A stretch of DNA of 64,000 nt from positions 1,566,722 through 1,630,721 of the forward strand of contig MU004239.1 in NCBI GenBank assembly GCA_010405405.1, read 5' to 3'. The stretch comes from Microthyrium microscopicum. Lineage: Eukaryota. Under the pieces are notes generated by a model. The model worked only from the letters and a program-made list of their open reading frames with translations. It did not search any database and was not told where the DNA came from. A program made the position numbers and the translations under genes. Shown here in pieces: positions 1 through 11,975 of the stretch (position 1 is the first letter of the stretch; the number at the start of each line of letters is the position of its first letter).

Positions 1-1021
1 TGTATTGTTTATCGAATGTAAATACCTGTATATTTCAAGCGTACTCAGGGGTTCTCTCACCGCCATAGCTTTGTTTTTTTTTATCTGATTCATGAACTTT
101 TCTATCCTTATTCACAATGCGTGCTACCGTGTCAATTCCCAAATCTTGGCAATATAGATACACAGACAGACCAGTTTCAAATTTTGGCGATGTGTATACC
201 TCTTTTGGTGCTAGCTTAAATAGCAAAGTTCGCCCCGGACACCATCGACAGGAATGATCTACTCAATATTCGTGTATTTTAGATACAAGAAAAGGATCTG
301 ATTGCAGATTCAACTTGAGCGAACCATAGACTCGTCCGAAAATAAAGTATAAATGGCTTGTTGCTGCAATGAATTGCGTTCAGGCCAATGTGATCCTATA
401 TCAGTCTCGTTTGACACGACAGGATAGAGGCCGATTTCATCACCCTTGTGGCCAGTAGTAAGAGACATAAGAGCCCAGCAGGTGCTCCTGCACGCCTTGA
501 CGAGTGTTATGCCTTGTTTTATAAAGGTAGATTAGACATTGGTTGCAACAGATTGACCAGCTTGGAGGCGATGCCGCATCCTCAACAAAAGAGCAAAATA
601 AACAACGTGCTCCCATCGAATGCGCTATATACCAACGAATTCGAAAGTTATCCAATGCTATCGTCGCTATAGATTTCATTGGGGTTCGTGGTTTTATCGA
701 ACGAAAAACAAAGTCTGTCTTGCTTATTGGATGCGAGGTTGTCAATCGAGTATGATATTGAGCATACCTCGATAGCTTTTCATGAACGTTTATGGCAGGC
801 GCGTCCTAGGACTTCGAAATAGAGCAGATGAGCTCATGATCCATTCGCAGACGAGTTCACTTGGTTCAGAGAATATCAAGAACTGTTCCTTATTAGCTGT
901 GTCTTCGTCAGAATATGTGTGGCTAGCAACTTACCAAACACTCAGAGTGATTTTATGGGCTCGCCAAATGACGAGCCATCTATGTCAGTATGGATCCTCT
1001 TTCGCACAGATTATCAAGCCT

Positions 1022-1061
1022 GTGCTGATACAATATCCTCAGTGCTGATACAATATCCTCA
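1022..1061. repeat. Perfect 20-bp tandem duplication overlapping the RBM8A stop codon
   Basis: GTGCTGATACAATATCCTCA occurs twice in tandem (1022-1041, 1042-1061). Confidence 0.9.
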
Positions 1062-1586
1062 AATCTCATCACGATCTCCTCTCTCCCGCTCCGCGCCAGG
1101 ACTTCTACTCCGACTGCGACCTCGTCGACCTCCTCCACCACCAGCCCGACCACCACGATTGCTCCCCTGACCACCTTTGTTTGGCGGCGGACGCACAAAA
1201 GCGAAATCGACGTGAAGTGTTTGATCTAGGAGCTTTTGGTCATGCGCGCCAGCTATGGCGGCTTTGGCCTCGTCTAGTGTCGGATATTCGATGAGCACGT
1301 ATCCCTATTATACCGTGTTAGAACCTTTTTGTGTGCAACAGTTGCGGCATCTTCGTACCTTGACGTAACCGGTTCTTCTGTCGAGATTCATGTGTAGGTT
1401 CTTGATTTCGCCCCATTCGCCAAACAGATCTTGGATGTCTTCCTCAGAGGCTTCTTCGTGGACATTGGACACCATGATAATCCAGCCTTCAATGCTTCGT
1501 ACTGCTACGGCGCCCGCCGCTGTACGTGTGTCGTGGCTGCCAGATTGGGCTGGGCCGGTTGAGTCGACTTCCATTTCGTTGGACAT
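1059..1586 (-). CDS. RBM8A: RNA-binding protein 8A / Y14 (exon junction complex core RRM protein), 2 exons, 157 aa
   Basis: Exons 1586-1359 and 1304-1059; intron 1358-1305 (GTACGA..CTAAC..TAG). The protein contains [54 protein letters not shown], the Y14 RRM signature, and an RG/RS-rich tail. Confidence 0.96.
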
Positions 1587-1982
1587 TGTGAAGGTGGTGG
1601 TGCGGTTGAGACTTTGGGTTGGAGGGTTGCGCTTCTTGGCGGCTGTGCTTCTATTTTCTCGTTATTGATTACGAGCCGTTCCTGCTGATGAGAGGATTGT
1701 TATGTGAAATTTTGAGGAGAAGGGTTCAATTGGTAGATGTTGGGTTTGTAGGCAGCCTTGATGTTGTAAATGTGCTGTTCAGAGCTTGAGGTTAGCTGGA
1801 ACGGTTATTATGCCCACTTGCTTCTTTTCAAAACAACCGACCCCACACTCCCAGTCCAGTTCATTAAACAGCCTTGACAGCTCCAAGCTTTTGACAAGGA
1901 CAAGCCAGATCGACAACAATCAAATGAATCATATCGACGGTTCCGCTAACCGACCTATCTTATCATACTGCTAATCGTAATC

Positions 1983-3047
1983 ATGCCGCCTCAAAGTCGG
2001 GGAGAGAGACTCTCTCTCAAAAGTCTCTCCATGCACACTCGCTCAACACCAAACCTGCCAACTCTTCGCGATTTTGGCATGTCCGCCAGTGGAAACACTG
2101 CCAATGCCCAAAGATCAGAGAAATCCGGCGATACCATACTCTCTCCTGTGCCGCAAAGCCCAGACCAGGACGAGAATGGTGATATCCGCAAGGAGATACA
2201 CTACTCTGACGATGAAGAACAAGCGATAGCAGAACAGCGCCACCAATCCAGAGAAGACCCGCCGTCGTTACAACAAAGACGATTCCAAGTCTCACGAAAC
2301 ACCTCCACGAACTTCCTCCAGCCAAGCCCCTCACAACTATTTCCACCGCTTTATGGACGGCCAACAACACCTCTCCCGCCCTCGCCTTCTCTCACATCCC
2401 TACTTCGACCACCATTCAGTACGCATACCAGTCACCATACCACACCCGAATCCAGTGATGTAGAATCTACAGTAGGAGGCAGTACAGTCTCAGCAGTAGA
2501 GAAAAGCGCCCAAACTGCAACCACCGTCCCCCGCGCCGATCCCAAAGTCCCCACGTACGAATACTATGGCTTCGCGCTTTACCTCGCCAGCTCGGCCGCC
2601 TTCCTCATGTATGTGCTATGGGCCTACCTACCTTCACCATTCTTGCATCAACTTGGTATCTACTACTATCCGAATCGATGGTGGGCCCTCGCGGTGCCTG
2701 CTTGGCTAGTCATACTCGTGCTTTATATTTACGTCGCACTCGCCAGCTACAACACTGGCTACATGACGCTTCCCATGCAGAGTATCGAGAACCTGGTGGA
2801 TGATGCAGCGCAGATGGCAGTAGTGGATCGTGAAGGCAAGATTATTCGCCCGAAGAAGTTGTCTCGGTTCGCGGATCAGGCAAGGGTTGGCAAGCACTCA
2901 AGACAGAGCTCGGGTACTGGTATAAAGCTGGGCGGGCCTGTTGGCAAGGACATTGATTGGAAGACGGTGTGGAACGAGGGTACGGACGCAGTACTTGACA
3001 TTCCAATTGGCGGTGTTTGTGAGATTTTATACGGTTCGGAGAGTTAG
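1983..3047 (+). CDS. GPI19: PIG-P domain protein (GPI-GlcNAc transferase subunit, Gpi19-like) with a long low-complexity N-terminus, 354 aa
   Basis: Single-exon ORF. PTYEYYGFALYLASS..YVLWAYLP..LGIYYYPNRWWALAVP and the C-terminal DAVLDIPIGGVCEILY match PIG-P. Divergent from RBM8A across 396 bp. Confidence 0.88.
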   Translation: MPPQSRGERLSLKSLSMHTRSTPNLPTLRDFGMSASGNTANAQRSEKSGDTILSPVPQSPDQDENGDIRKEIHYSDDEEQAIAEQRHQSREDPPSLQQRRFQVSRNTSTNFLQPSPSQLFPPLYGRPTTPLPPSPSLTSLLRPPFSTHTSHHTTPESSDVESTVGGSTVSAVEKSAQTATTVPRADPKVPTYEYYGFALYLASSAAFLMYVLWAYLPSPFLHQLGIYYYPNRWWALAVPAWLVILVLYIYVALASYNTGYMTLPMQSIENLVDDAAQMAVVDREGKIIRPKKLSRFADQARVGKHSRQSSGTGIKLGGPVGKDIDWKTVWNEGTDAVLDIPIGGVCEILYGSES

Positions 3048-3184
3048 CTTGATACCCCCTTAGCGAATGTGATCAGTTTAGACCAGCGTTGTACGACAAG
3101 ATATGCAAATTGGTTCAAACACTTGCAGTTGGACATAAAATCAGGCTTCCCGCTATAAATTACGAGTAACCCGCTTAGCACCCA

Positions 3185-3740
3185 CTGGACACCTTTCGAG
3201 CTGGACACCTTTCGAGCTGGAAACCTTATCGAATGCAATGGTAGAGAACACACTCCATGGGAGGCAGCTCGTATTGGCTGGGTTGAAGCTGCATCCAAGA
3301 TGCATGTGATCAAGAGAACAACTCGCCGGATCGACTGCGCCGGGTGCCATTTCGAAGCGCGATGGTAGATATTGTAGTCGATGGAAGCCAGCCAGTAACT
3401 TAGCTGGCTCAATTGGCTCAATGTAATGTACAAACGACTCTGATCGGCAAGATATTGACGAATCAGTACGCCCAGAGCGAATCGATGTTTTGACCATAAG
3501 ATGCGATGGTAGATATCGTAGTGGATGGCAAACACCGCACTCGATGAGAGCTAGACGGCAACTTTGCCAGTTTGAATAAGCTCAAGCCCACACAATGATA
3601 TCTACAGAACACTCGCCGGGTCAAACGTGCTGAGAGCCAAAGCATCAATGTTAGCTTGTATTTATAGGATGATATGGCAAATGTTGTGGTCGATGGGAGC
3701 ACAATATAAGACACTAAAATCGGCAAGACACTCCTCGTAT
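3185..3740. repeat. Short tandem repeat followed by a degenerate ~120-170 bp repeat array
   Basis: CTGGACACCTTTCGAG x2 plus one variant at 3185-3232. Variants of the motif RYGCRATGGTAGATATYGTAGTSGATGG start at 3233, 3357, 3501 and 3669. Confidence 0.6.
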
Positions 3741-4293
3741 CGAAGGCGCTGGGAATTATACGATGTGACGACGACCATCGTACTCGATTGGGGCTGGCCA
3801 GTATTGTCTCATTCTGATTGTTTGTCCATGGTAGATAGAATATGACGATTGATGGAAGCGGGCCAGTATTGTCTCACCTCTTGTCATCTCAAATGCAGAG
3901 GTGAGGCTGAATCTCAAGTCGACCCACCTCATATCTGCAAGACGCTTGGACCTCTAGGCGGCTCGTTCGCAAAGCTCCGCTGGGCCCTAGTCGCTGTTGC
4001 CTTTTCCACCGCATTCCTTCCACAAGCGACCTTTCCCTTTTCTGCTCCTTCCCACTTCAACTGACAACCCTCAACCCTCGTCAGCCTTTCATCAACAACC
4101 ATCCCCCGCCTCACCACGTCCTTCTTCCTCCATCTCTCTCCATCTCCATCTTCTGACCTTTTCTCACTACATTCTCGCGTTCTCAACTGAGCTCTCAGAC
4201 CTTTGTTTGCATTTTCTTCCCTCAAAATCACGCGCGCACTTTACGACGCGACCTTCAACTTCACCCCTCTACAAACAGGTTCAATCTAGCAAA

Positions 4294-6251
4294 ATGGCCA
4301 CTCAAGAGGAGGATCTCATCGACTACTCTGACGACGAGCTTCAAGCACCAGAGTCCACCGCAGCCGCGCCCAAGGCTGATGCCAAGAATGGAGCTGCTGC
4401 CGCGGCTTCTGGAGATGTCAACGCCAAAGGCAGCTACGCTGGTATCCACTCGACTTCATTTGAAGATTTCCTTCTAAAGCCCGAACTCACTCGCGCCATT
4501 ACGGATTGCGGTTTCGAACATCCTTCCGAGGGTTAGTCTTCTATACTCTTCTCACCAAACTCATTTTATCCTCGTCCGTCCATGTCCGCAGTTGGAAAGT
4601 CAAGTCAAAAAGTCAAGTCATCATTTAGAGGCAAACACCTCAAAGGATTCTGTAAAAATCACTCGTCTCTATGCGAGAGTCGTCTTGGAGGATGTTCCAT
4701 CATGGCAGGATTTCAGAAAAAGGACTTCGCGTCCATGGTCATCAAGACCTTTAGCTGGAAAACCCAGTCAAGTGCTTTTTAAGGGCTGGGAGCGAATCAT
4801 CGCAAACCTGGGATCTGGTTGATGACGATGACTGACTGGTATTATGGTGCGGGTGCGACACTATGATTGATCCGAAGTTCCAAAGCTTTCATGAGTACTC
4901 TGCACTGGAAACTCGAGGACAAATCAATTTTGACTAATACTGCGGACTGGATGGACATGCACTATCGATTCTATTTCTGTCCTGCGTAACTTTTCGATCG
5001 AATTCTAACATCCTCGACCCTCTTAGTTCAGCAAAAGGTCATCCCCCAAGCTATTCTCGGCACCGATGTTGTCTGCCAGGCCAAGTCCGGTCTAGGAAAG
5101 ACTGCAGTCTTCGTTCTTGCTAGTCTGCAACAAATCGAACCAGTCCAAGGCGAAACCTCTGTTCTTGTAATGTGTCACACTCGTGAGTTGGCATATCAGA
5201 TCAAGAACGAGTACGCTCGTTTCACCAAGTACATGCCCAATATCAAGACCAGTGTCTTTTACGGTGGTACTCCCATCCAAAAGGACATTGAGATCTTGCA
5301 GAACAAGGAGACTCACCCACATATCATTGTCGGAACTCCCGGTCGTCTCAACGCTCTCGTCCGCGACAAGAAGCTTCGTCTCGGCACTATTCGTCATTTC
5401 ATCCTCGATGAATGCGACAAGATGCTCGACCAAGTTGGTAAGCTTATCGATATCCCAATTATGACATAATACTTACTCCTCCAAGATATGCGTCGGGATG
5501 TTCAAGAAATCTTTCGCAACACCCCTCCACAGAAGCAGGTCATGATGTTCAGCGCCACCCTTTCTGCTGCCACTCGACCAGTGTGCAAGAAGTTCATGCA
5601 GAATCCTCTTGAGCTATATGTCGATGACGATACAAAGTTGACCCTCCACGGTCTTCAACAATATTACATCCGTCTTGGCGAAGATGAAAAGAACCGAAAG
5701 CTGAACGACTTGCTCGACACTCTCGAGTTCAATCAGGTCATCATCTTTGTTCGCAGCACTATGCGATGCACCGAACTTGACAAGCTCCTCCGAGAATGCA
5801 ATTTCCCAAGTATTGCTGTTCACTCTGGGTTGCCTCAAGAAGAACGGTAAGTTGATCACATCTCCCTTTAGGATCCCGCTCACAAGTTGCAGTATCAAGC
5901 GGTACAAGGAGTTCAAGGAGTTCAACAAGCGGATTTGCGTTGCCACCGACGTCTTCGGTCGTGGTATTGATATCGAGAAGATCAATCTCGCTATCAACTA
6001 CGATCTCGCAGGCGACGCCGATTCGTACCTCCATCGTGTTGGTCGTGCCGGGCGTTTTGGTACCAAGGGTCTGAGTATCTCGTTCGTCAGCACCGAAGGT
6101 GACGATGAGGTCCTCAAATCCATCCAACAACGTTTCGAAGTTAAGATTGAGTAAGTTCCGAGTCATTCGCTTGTGAACTTATCAGAACTAATACCTTTGC
6201 AGGGAGTTCCCCGAAGGCGGCGTTGATGCTAAGACCTACATGGCCAACTAG
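4294..6251 (+). CDS. SUB2: DECD-box RNA helicase SUB2/UAP56 (mRNA export and splicing), 5 exons, 438 aa
   Basis: Exons 4294-4531, 5027-5437, 5486-5846, 5893-6150, 6203-6251, all GT-AG. Motifs [41 protein letters not shown]; ends DAKTYMAN*. Confidence 0.97.
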
Positions 6252-9200
6252 TGGGTTCCTTGATTTTTGCGAGGAAGTGTGTGGTTCTATATCGGGTTTT
6301 CGTGCATGGAACTACAACAAAAATGATAGGGAATTGATTTCAGTTTGGTTTGTTCTGTCTGATGTGTTCAAGACAGCAATACATTGTGTACTCTACCCTA
6401 GTTCAAGACATTTGCGGCCGAAAATCTAGCTTTTGTGCTTGGAGTCTCCCTTCTTTCCTTACCCTCGTGCTCTAACGTCGATCTCCAGCCAGTTGTGGTC
6501 ATTCAGGTCCTGCTCTAACCTCTAACCAAAAGCTTGAGTATGGACACAAGTGTTGTGTCACCCCAACCACAGTTGTTCTCATAAGAATGAACATCAAGGC
6601 ATTGTGAGCTTGCAGGCTCAAGTTATTAGTCCGCGATTTTTAACGAATAGCTCAGGCATGCCTACGGTCTGATCAAATGCTGATGAGTAGCCTTCTCACA
6701 TCGAGCGTTCTGGAATTTGCACAATTCGTCGATTGCGAAGAAGAATCTAGATAATGTCTGCGAGATATGCTGTGATTGTATCCATTATCATAAGTTTGCG
6801 CATGTCATTTGCTTTGTCCAGCTGATGATGGTCCTGTATGGAATCGCTGGTTCATTGCATATTGGCTTTGTGTACAATCGACCGAATACTATTAGTACCT
6901 CTCGGGACCGTCATTATGGTAGAAAGAGTATCATCTCGAACCGCGGTCGCTAAGCTTTATAGTTAAGGCTAAGTATTTGAAAGAAGAAATAAGCATTGAT
7001 CATGACATGGTCAGGTATGCTCACGATGTGGTGGTTGAGATTGATCAACTCCAAAGAATTGTGATATATCAAGAACTCTAATATCACACCACCACAACCA
7101 CAACACTCCCACAACACTCATTGTCCTATCACCACTTTCTCAATTAGGCCCAAGCTACTCAATATATCAGCAAATCTGCGCCACAGCAGCTCATATTACC
7201 CATGACGTATGATCGCCCTCGTACGTGACATCGCCGCCCTAATCCCAGAGCCGCAATATCACTGGATATACCCTCGCCTCCCAGGGATATCAAGCTCACG
7301 TTGCACTATTTCCTTTCCATATAGCACCTACGCCGCCCATTAACTACAAGCTACCTTGCCTGTGTTTGGTCCAACGCAAAGCAGGTTTTCCCTCGACGCT
7401 AGGTCTCATGTTGGCTCCGAGCATTAACTTGCCTTCTTATAGCTATCCCCATATCCCATCTCTGTCCTCAAGCGCGATATTGCAGCTCGTGTGGAGGATT
7501 TTCGTTCCATAGTCGCATGCTTGCTTCCATGCCGCAAATCATGATAGCTTTTCGGCTTCGACGGAGCACGAGATAGCAGGCCGAATAGGTACCTAGTCAA
7601 GGACTCAAGGACGGAGTATTGGAAGATGGGCACAGGCATTTGAAATTGCTCGCATTACTAACTGACTCGCGTGGTCATCTGGGTATACTGTGCAGGAGAA
7701 AGGTGTCGGATGGCGGCGGATGCTGGACACATCGTGGTATCTTGTGCTAGGGCCCAGAGGGTGTAGTGGTGGTGATGGTTGAACCCTGGGCAGATGGACA
7801 TGCAGGCGCGCTGCGTGCCTGACGATCTTTTTTCAGAGAGCTAGCCCTGTCGTAATTGTGGTGTTATACCTGGGAAGGTGTGGTGTTGAGGGACTGGACA
7901 TTGTGGTTGTGGGGTTTGATATTTAAAGATATGCTCGCCACTCGTAATGGCGGGCACTGGACAATCTATGATTATGAGGTGACATGACTGGTATTTTTGA
8001 ACATGGCTAGTATTGGTAATGTAAGTATGATGCCATGAGTATCGAAATGGACCGATCAAAACACTAGGACTAGTAATGCAGACGAGGTAGCTTTATGGGC
8101 TGGGTCATTATTGAATGGACAGATTGGAGGACCCCATCAGGGCCATCACGCTTGATAGAGTCTTGCGTTTTTTATCCCATCAAGCGCATTAGATTATCAC
8201 AACTTCAATACATTCTACGCCCATAAAGTGTGATGGATGGATTCGAACGCTCGCTTGGAGCTTTGCAGTGATTTGGTCAACCTTTTGAGCATACAATGAA
8301 CCGACGGTATTGAATATGAAAAGCTTGTCAATTCATTGTTTACTTTATTATACGTCTCATTTGCCTGCAAGGAAACAAATGCACCGTGAAGGATATTGAA
8401 GTCGCTCATCGTGCAAGCACCAGAGCTTAAACCTTATGTTGTTCAGTACTATAGGAGTTCTTGAATCAGATATAAACTGTTCGCCACCAAACATTCTTAT
8501 TGATCTGCGAACTATATAGCATGATATTCCTCTCCTCCGTGGAATGCCACACAATTTGAAACTCAATGCAACATTTATGGCAAGTCGAACGGATATAGAA
8601 CTCATTCATTAGTAAATCTTTGAATGCGGCCCGAAAACAGCGAAACAAGGTATGAATATGGAAACAATCTCGCATTACTTCGTAAACACCAAACGTTACT
8701 TCTTTCCTGAATGCTACATTCCTATCATCATGGTAGCAGTAGCCACATTGGCCCTTTTTGACACATATCAATTCTCGCAATATGACAAAGGTGAACTACG
8801 ACCTGATCTATTACGGTTTTGATCTTAGAAGCCATAGATAAAATAGCACAGATACATGTAAGGAGATACCTACTAGACATAGCAGAGAACCCTATTGTGT
8901 ATGTTTACTTCTTCTCTGCAATGCAATTCTCCGAACCCTCACAATGTCCCCATGACCAACTAATGGCAATTGTAAACAAGCATTTGTAACTCCCATTTTT
9001 CGTTGGCGGTTAACAGCCGCTTCGCAACTGGTACCGAGCCTGATAGTGCCTAAATCATAAGCCAATGGCAATAGTAGCTTATGCTTTTCTCAATATTGAT
9101 TCATTGTGGCGCCGAGCACGTTGATGCAGCGATGCTCGAGTAAAACTGGAATGCTTCGAAACTGCCGTAATCAACAACGTACAAAACTTTATCTGTCCTA

Positions 9201-9988
9201 ATGAAGTGATGTTCGGGAGGATTGCATCTCGAGCAATGCTCTTCTGCCCCAGTGGCTCGTTCCCAGGGCCTTTCTTTACGCGAACATTTCAGCGAGCGAA
9301 TGGGTGTTGATATTTGATATCCAGGGCAGCGGCTATCATTTTGACAAACGGGCCGAGAGGCTCTTATATCTTGTTTCGCCACACCCAATGGAACCTGAGG
9401 CCTGGCCTGAATTTCGGGAGTGTCCCGTGCCGAAAAATGCACATGGCATTGAATAGAGCTCTTTGGTCCGTTGTTGGCAAGGCCCCATGAAGATACATGG
9501 AGATAATCAAGAATGTACCTGAACTATCGATTTCCCTTTTAGGCGGTGCGTGGACTTGCATGTCTCGCACGCATTACTGCTTCCGCTGCCGCTGCGAGCA
9601 CCTCTAGCATTGAAGGTTCGGCTCCCCTTGTTTCTAGGTTTGAAAACAAGATTCATTGTTTGTCTTGCACCGACCTATGATCGGCGATGAAACATGGTCT
9701 ATTAATGTCTTGAACTAGCAAACATTGACAACATCAAAGATCAAAGATGGCATTTTGATAGAGAAACGTGCATGCCAAGTTGCAGGACCGGCATTTTGGC
9801 ACAGCCCGTTCAACGGCTCTCAACGCGCCACTTCTCACACGCTTTGACTTGGGCCTCGTAAATCTGAAAGCCATCAGACTTCTTATCGTTGGCGCTATCA
9901 GTAAGGCGTTTGTGGCGAACTGTCAAAACGTGCAAAGGAAAAAGTGAAATTCAGATTCAACCACAACCATGCCATGATCAAAGCTCTA

Positions 9989-11975
9989 CCCATGCCTTGA
10001 TCCAGACATCCCCGCTAGGGGATGCCCACCGTTTATCTCGCCAACTAGCTACACCGCCAAAATGCTAAGATTAATACTAATTTCTATATACCTTAGTTCT
10101 TTTTAATCCCCTACTTTATATCTTTATATTTATTACTTTATTTTAGTATTTTTATAATAGATAAAGTTTTAAACGCATAGTAATGTAGTAGTTAGACCTT
10201 AAAATCTTTTTATACGTAGGCCTACGGGCTAAATATATAGACCTTTATAGATTGTATTAATAGACGTGCTTTACTATAGGAACGCCTTCTTACTAATATA
10301 TGTCTTAAACTATATAAAAAATAAGTAATATTATTATTTATAAAGAAGCTTTATAACCTTAGAATTAATAGTAATATAGTTATAATCTAAATAATAGCCT
10401 AGTAATAACTTTAGCTTTATTACTATTAGCCCTCTAATCCTAAGCCTCTCCTTCTAGGCTAAAATTAGTTTTGCTACTTTATAATTCGTTTTTATAACGA
10501 ATTATAACTTTAAACTAATAATCTAAAAGAATTAGATAGAGCTATAGCTAAGGATCCTAAGGAGATTAAAAAATAGTTTAATGATCTTAAAGGAAAGTTT
10601 AAAAGGCTTAGAATTTAACCTAAAGACCTCTAGAATATTAATAAAGATAGATTTAGGCTTAGGATTAGTAGCAAAGAAAAGGTTGTTATTTTTATTAGTA
10701 AAAGTAAGAATAAGAAGAAGAAGAAAAAGAGATAAAGAATTATAGCTATAAAGGATTTAAAGTAAGAACTTATTACTATAGTAGAGTATATAAGTACTAC
10801 TAGTAATTATATTCCTTTATAAGTAATTTTATTATTAAAATTTAGCAAAGTATAAGAAGATTAAGTTTAAAAGATATCTATTCTTAATAATTAGTATATT
10901 AATACTTCTAATTCTACTTATATAAATAATAAGATCTTTCTTAGTTAAATAAAATACTTTAATAAAGCTATAAAGACGTTTTAAAAGGGTGAATTTAGGC
11001 TCTTAATAATTAATGGTTACAAGAGTTAATAAATGAAGAACTTTCTTACCTTTTACTTTAATAATAAGATAATTTCTTATTTTTTAATTTTTTATACCTC
11101 TTAGATTCTTTAACTAATAGACGTTGTAGTATTTTAGCCTTATAAATATTAGTATAGAAAGGCTATTAATAATCTAGCTTAAAAAGGAATTTTAAACCTT
11201 AATAAAATTAACTTTTTAGATTAGATTAGTAAGATCTGCTATAAAATAATAAAGTCTAGCATAATTAAGAAAGGCTTTAAAGACTTAGGGATTTAGCCTT
11301 TTAATTCGTTAATAATCCTTAACGATTTAGTAGAAGAAAAGATAAAGGAAGAGAAATTGGCTAGTATTAGTTCTTTATAGAGGAGATATTTTTAATACTA
11401 AGGATAAAGTAAGATATTAATTAAATTTAAGAGGGTATTTAGCTAGAACTAGTCTATCCTTATAAAGCTTTTATTAAGTATATAAAAGCTTTAAATATTA
11501 CCTTCTCTTAATATTAAATATATAACCTTTAAATTAGTAAGATAATAGTAGCTTATATTTAGAAGGCTAAATTATAGTCCTCTAAGAGGTTTATTAATGC
11601 GCTTATTAGTAAGCCTTATAAAACATAAGTTAAATGACTTTATGAAGTAGTTTAAAATTAAGTAGATAAAGAATAGGTAAAGATACAACGTAAATAAGTA
11701 AAGGAAGCTAAAAAGGCTATCCTTTTAGTAGGTATTAAATATATAGAGCCTATAGTAATATTACTACTATAGGATTTATAATTTAGTAATAGGATTAGAC
11801 TTAATATATATTTTTAACTAGATATTTAATAAAAAATATAAATACTTTATTTTTAGCTATGTAGTAGTATATTTTAGTGTACCTATATTTCTCTTGGTAT
11901 TTTGGCGATATAGCTAGTTGGCGAGATAAATAGTAGGCATCCCCTAGTAGGGATATTCAGGACTCTGGGCATGGG
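9989..11975 (+). mobile_element. RIP-inactivated Tc1/mariner-superfamily (pogo/Fot1-like) DNA transposon, ~2 kb
   Basis: Imperfect ~80-bp TIRs (9989-10070 and 11892-11975, starting CCCATGCC) flanked by TA at 9987-88 and 11976-77. The interior is very AT- and TpA-rich. Reversing C>T/G>A changes in one + frame gives DDE_1 motifs: WNIDEDGFRLG (10631), RLLIxDGHKS (10997), LQPxDVVVFQPYK (11108). Confidence 0.9.

Noticed and set aside
3997..4293. ORF extension upstream of the SUB2 ATG
   Set aside because: It starts at a non-ATG codon and is CT-rich promoter/5' UTR sequence.
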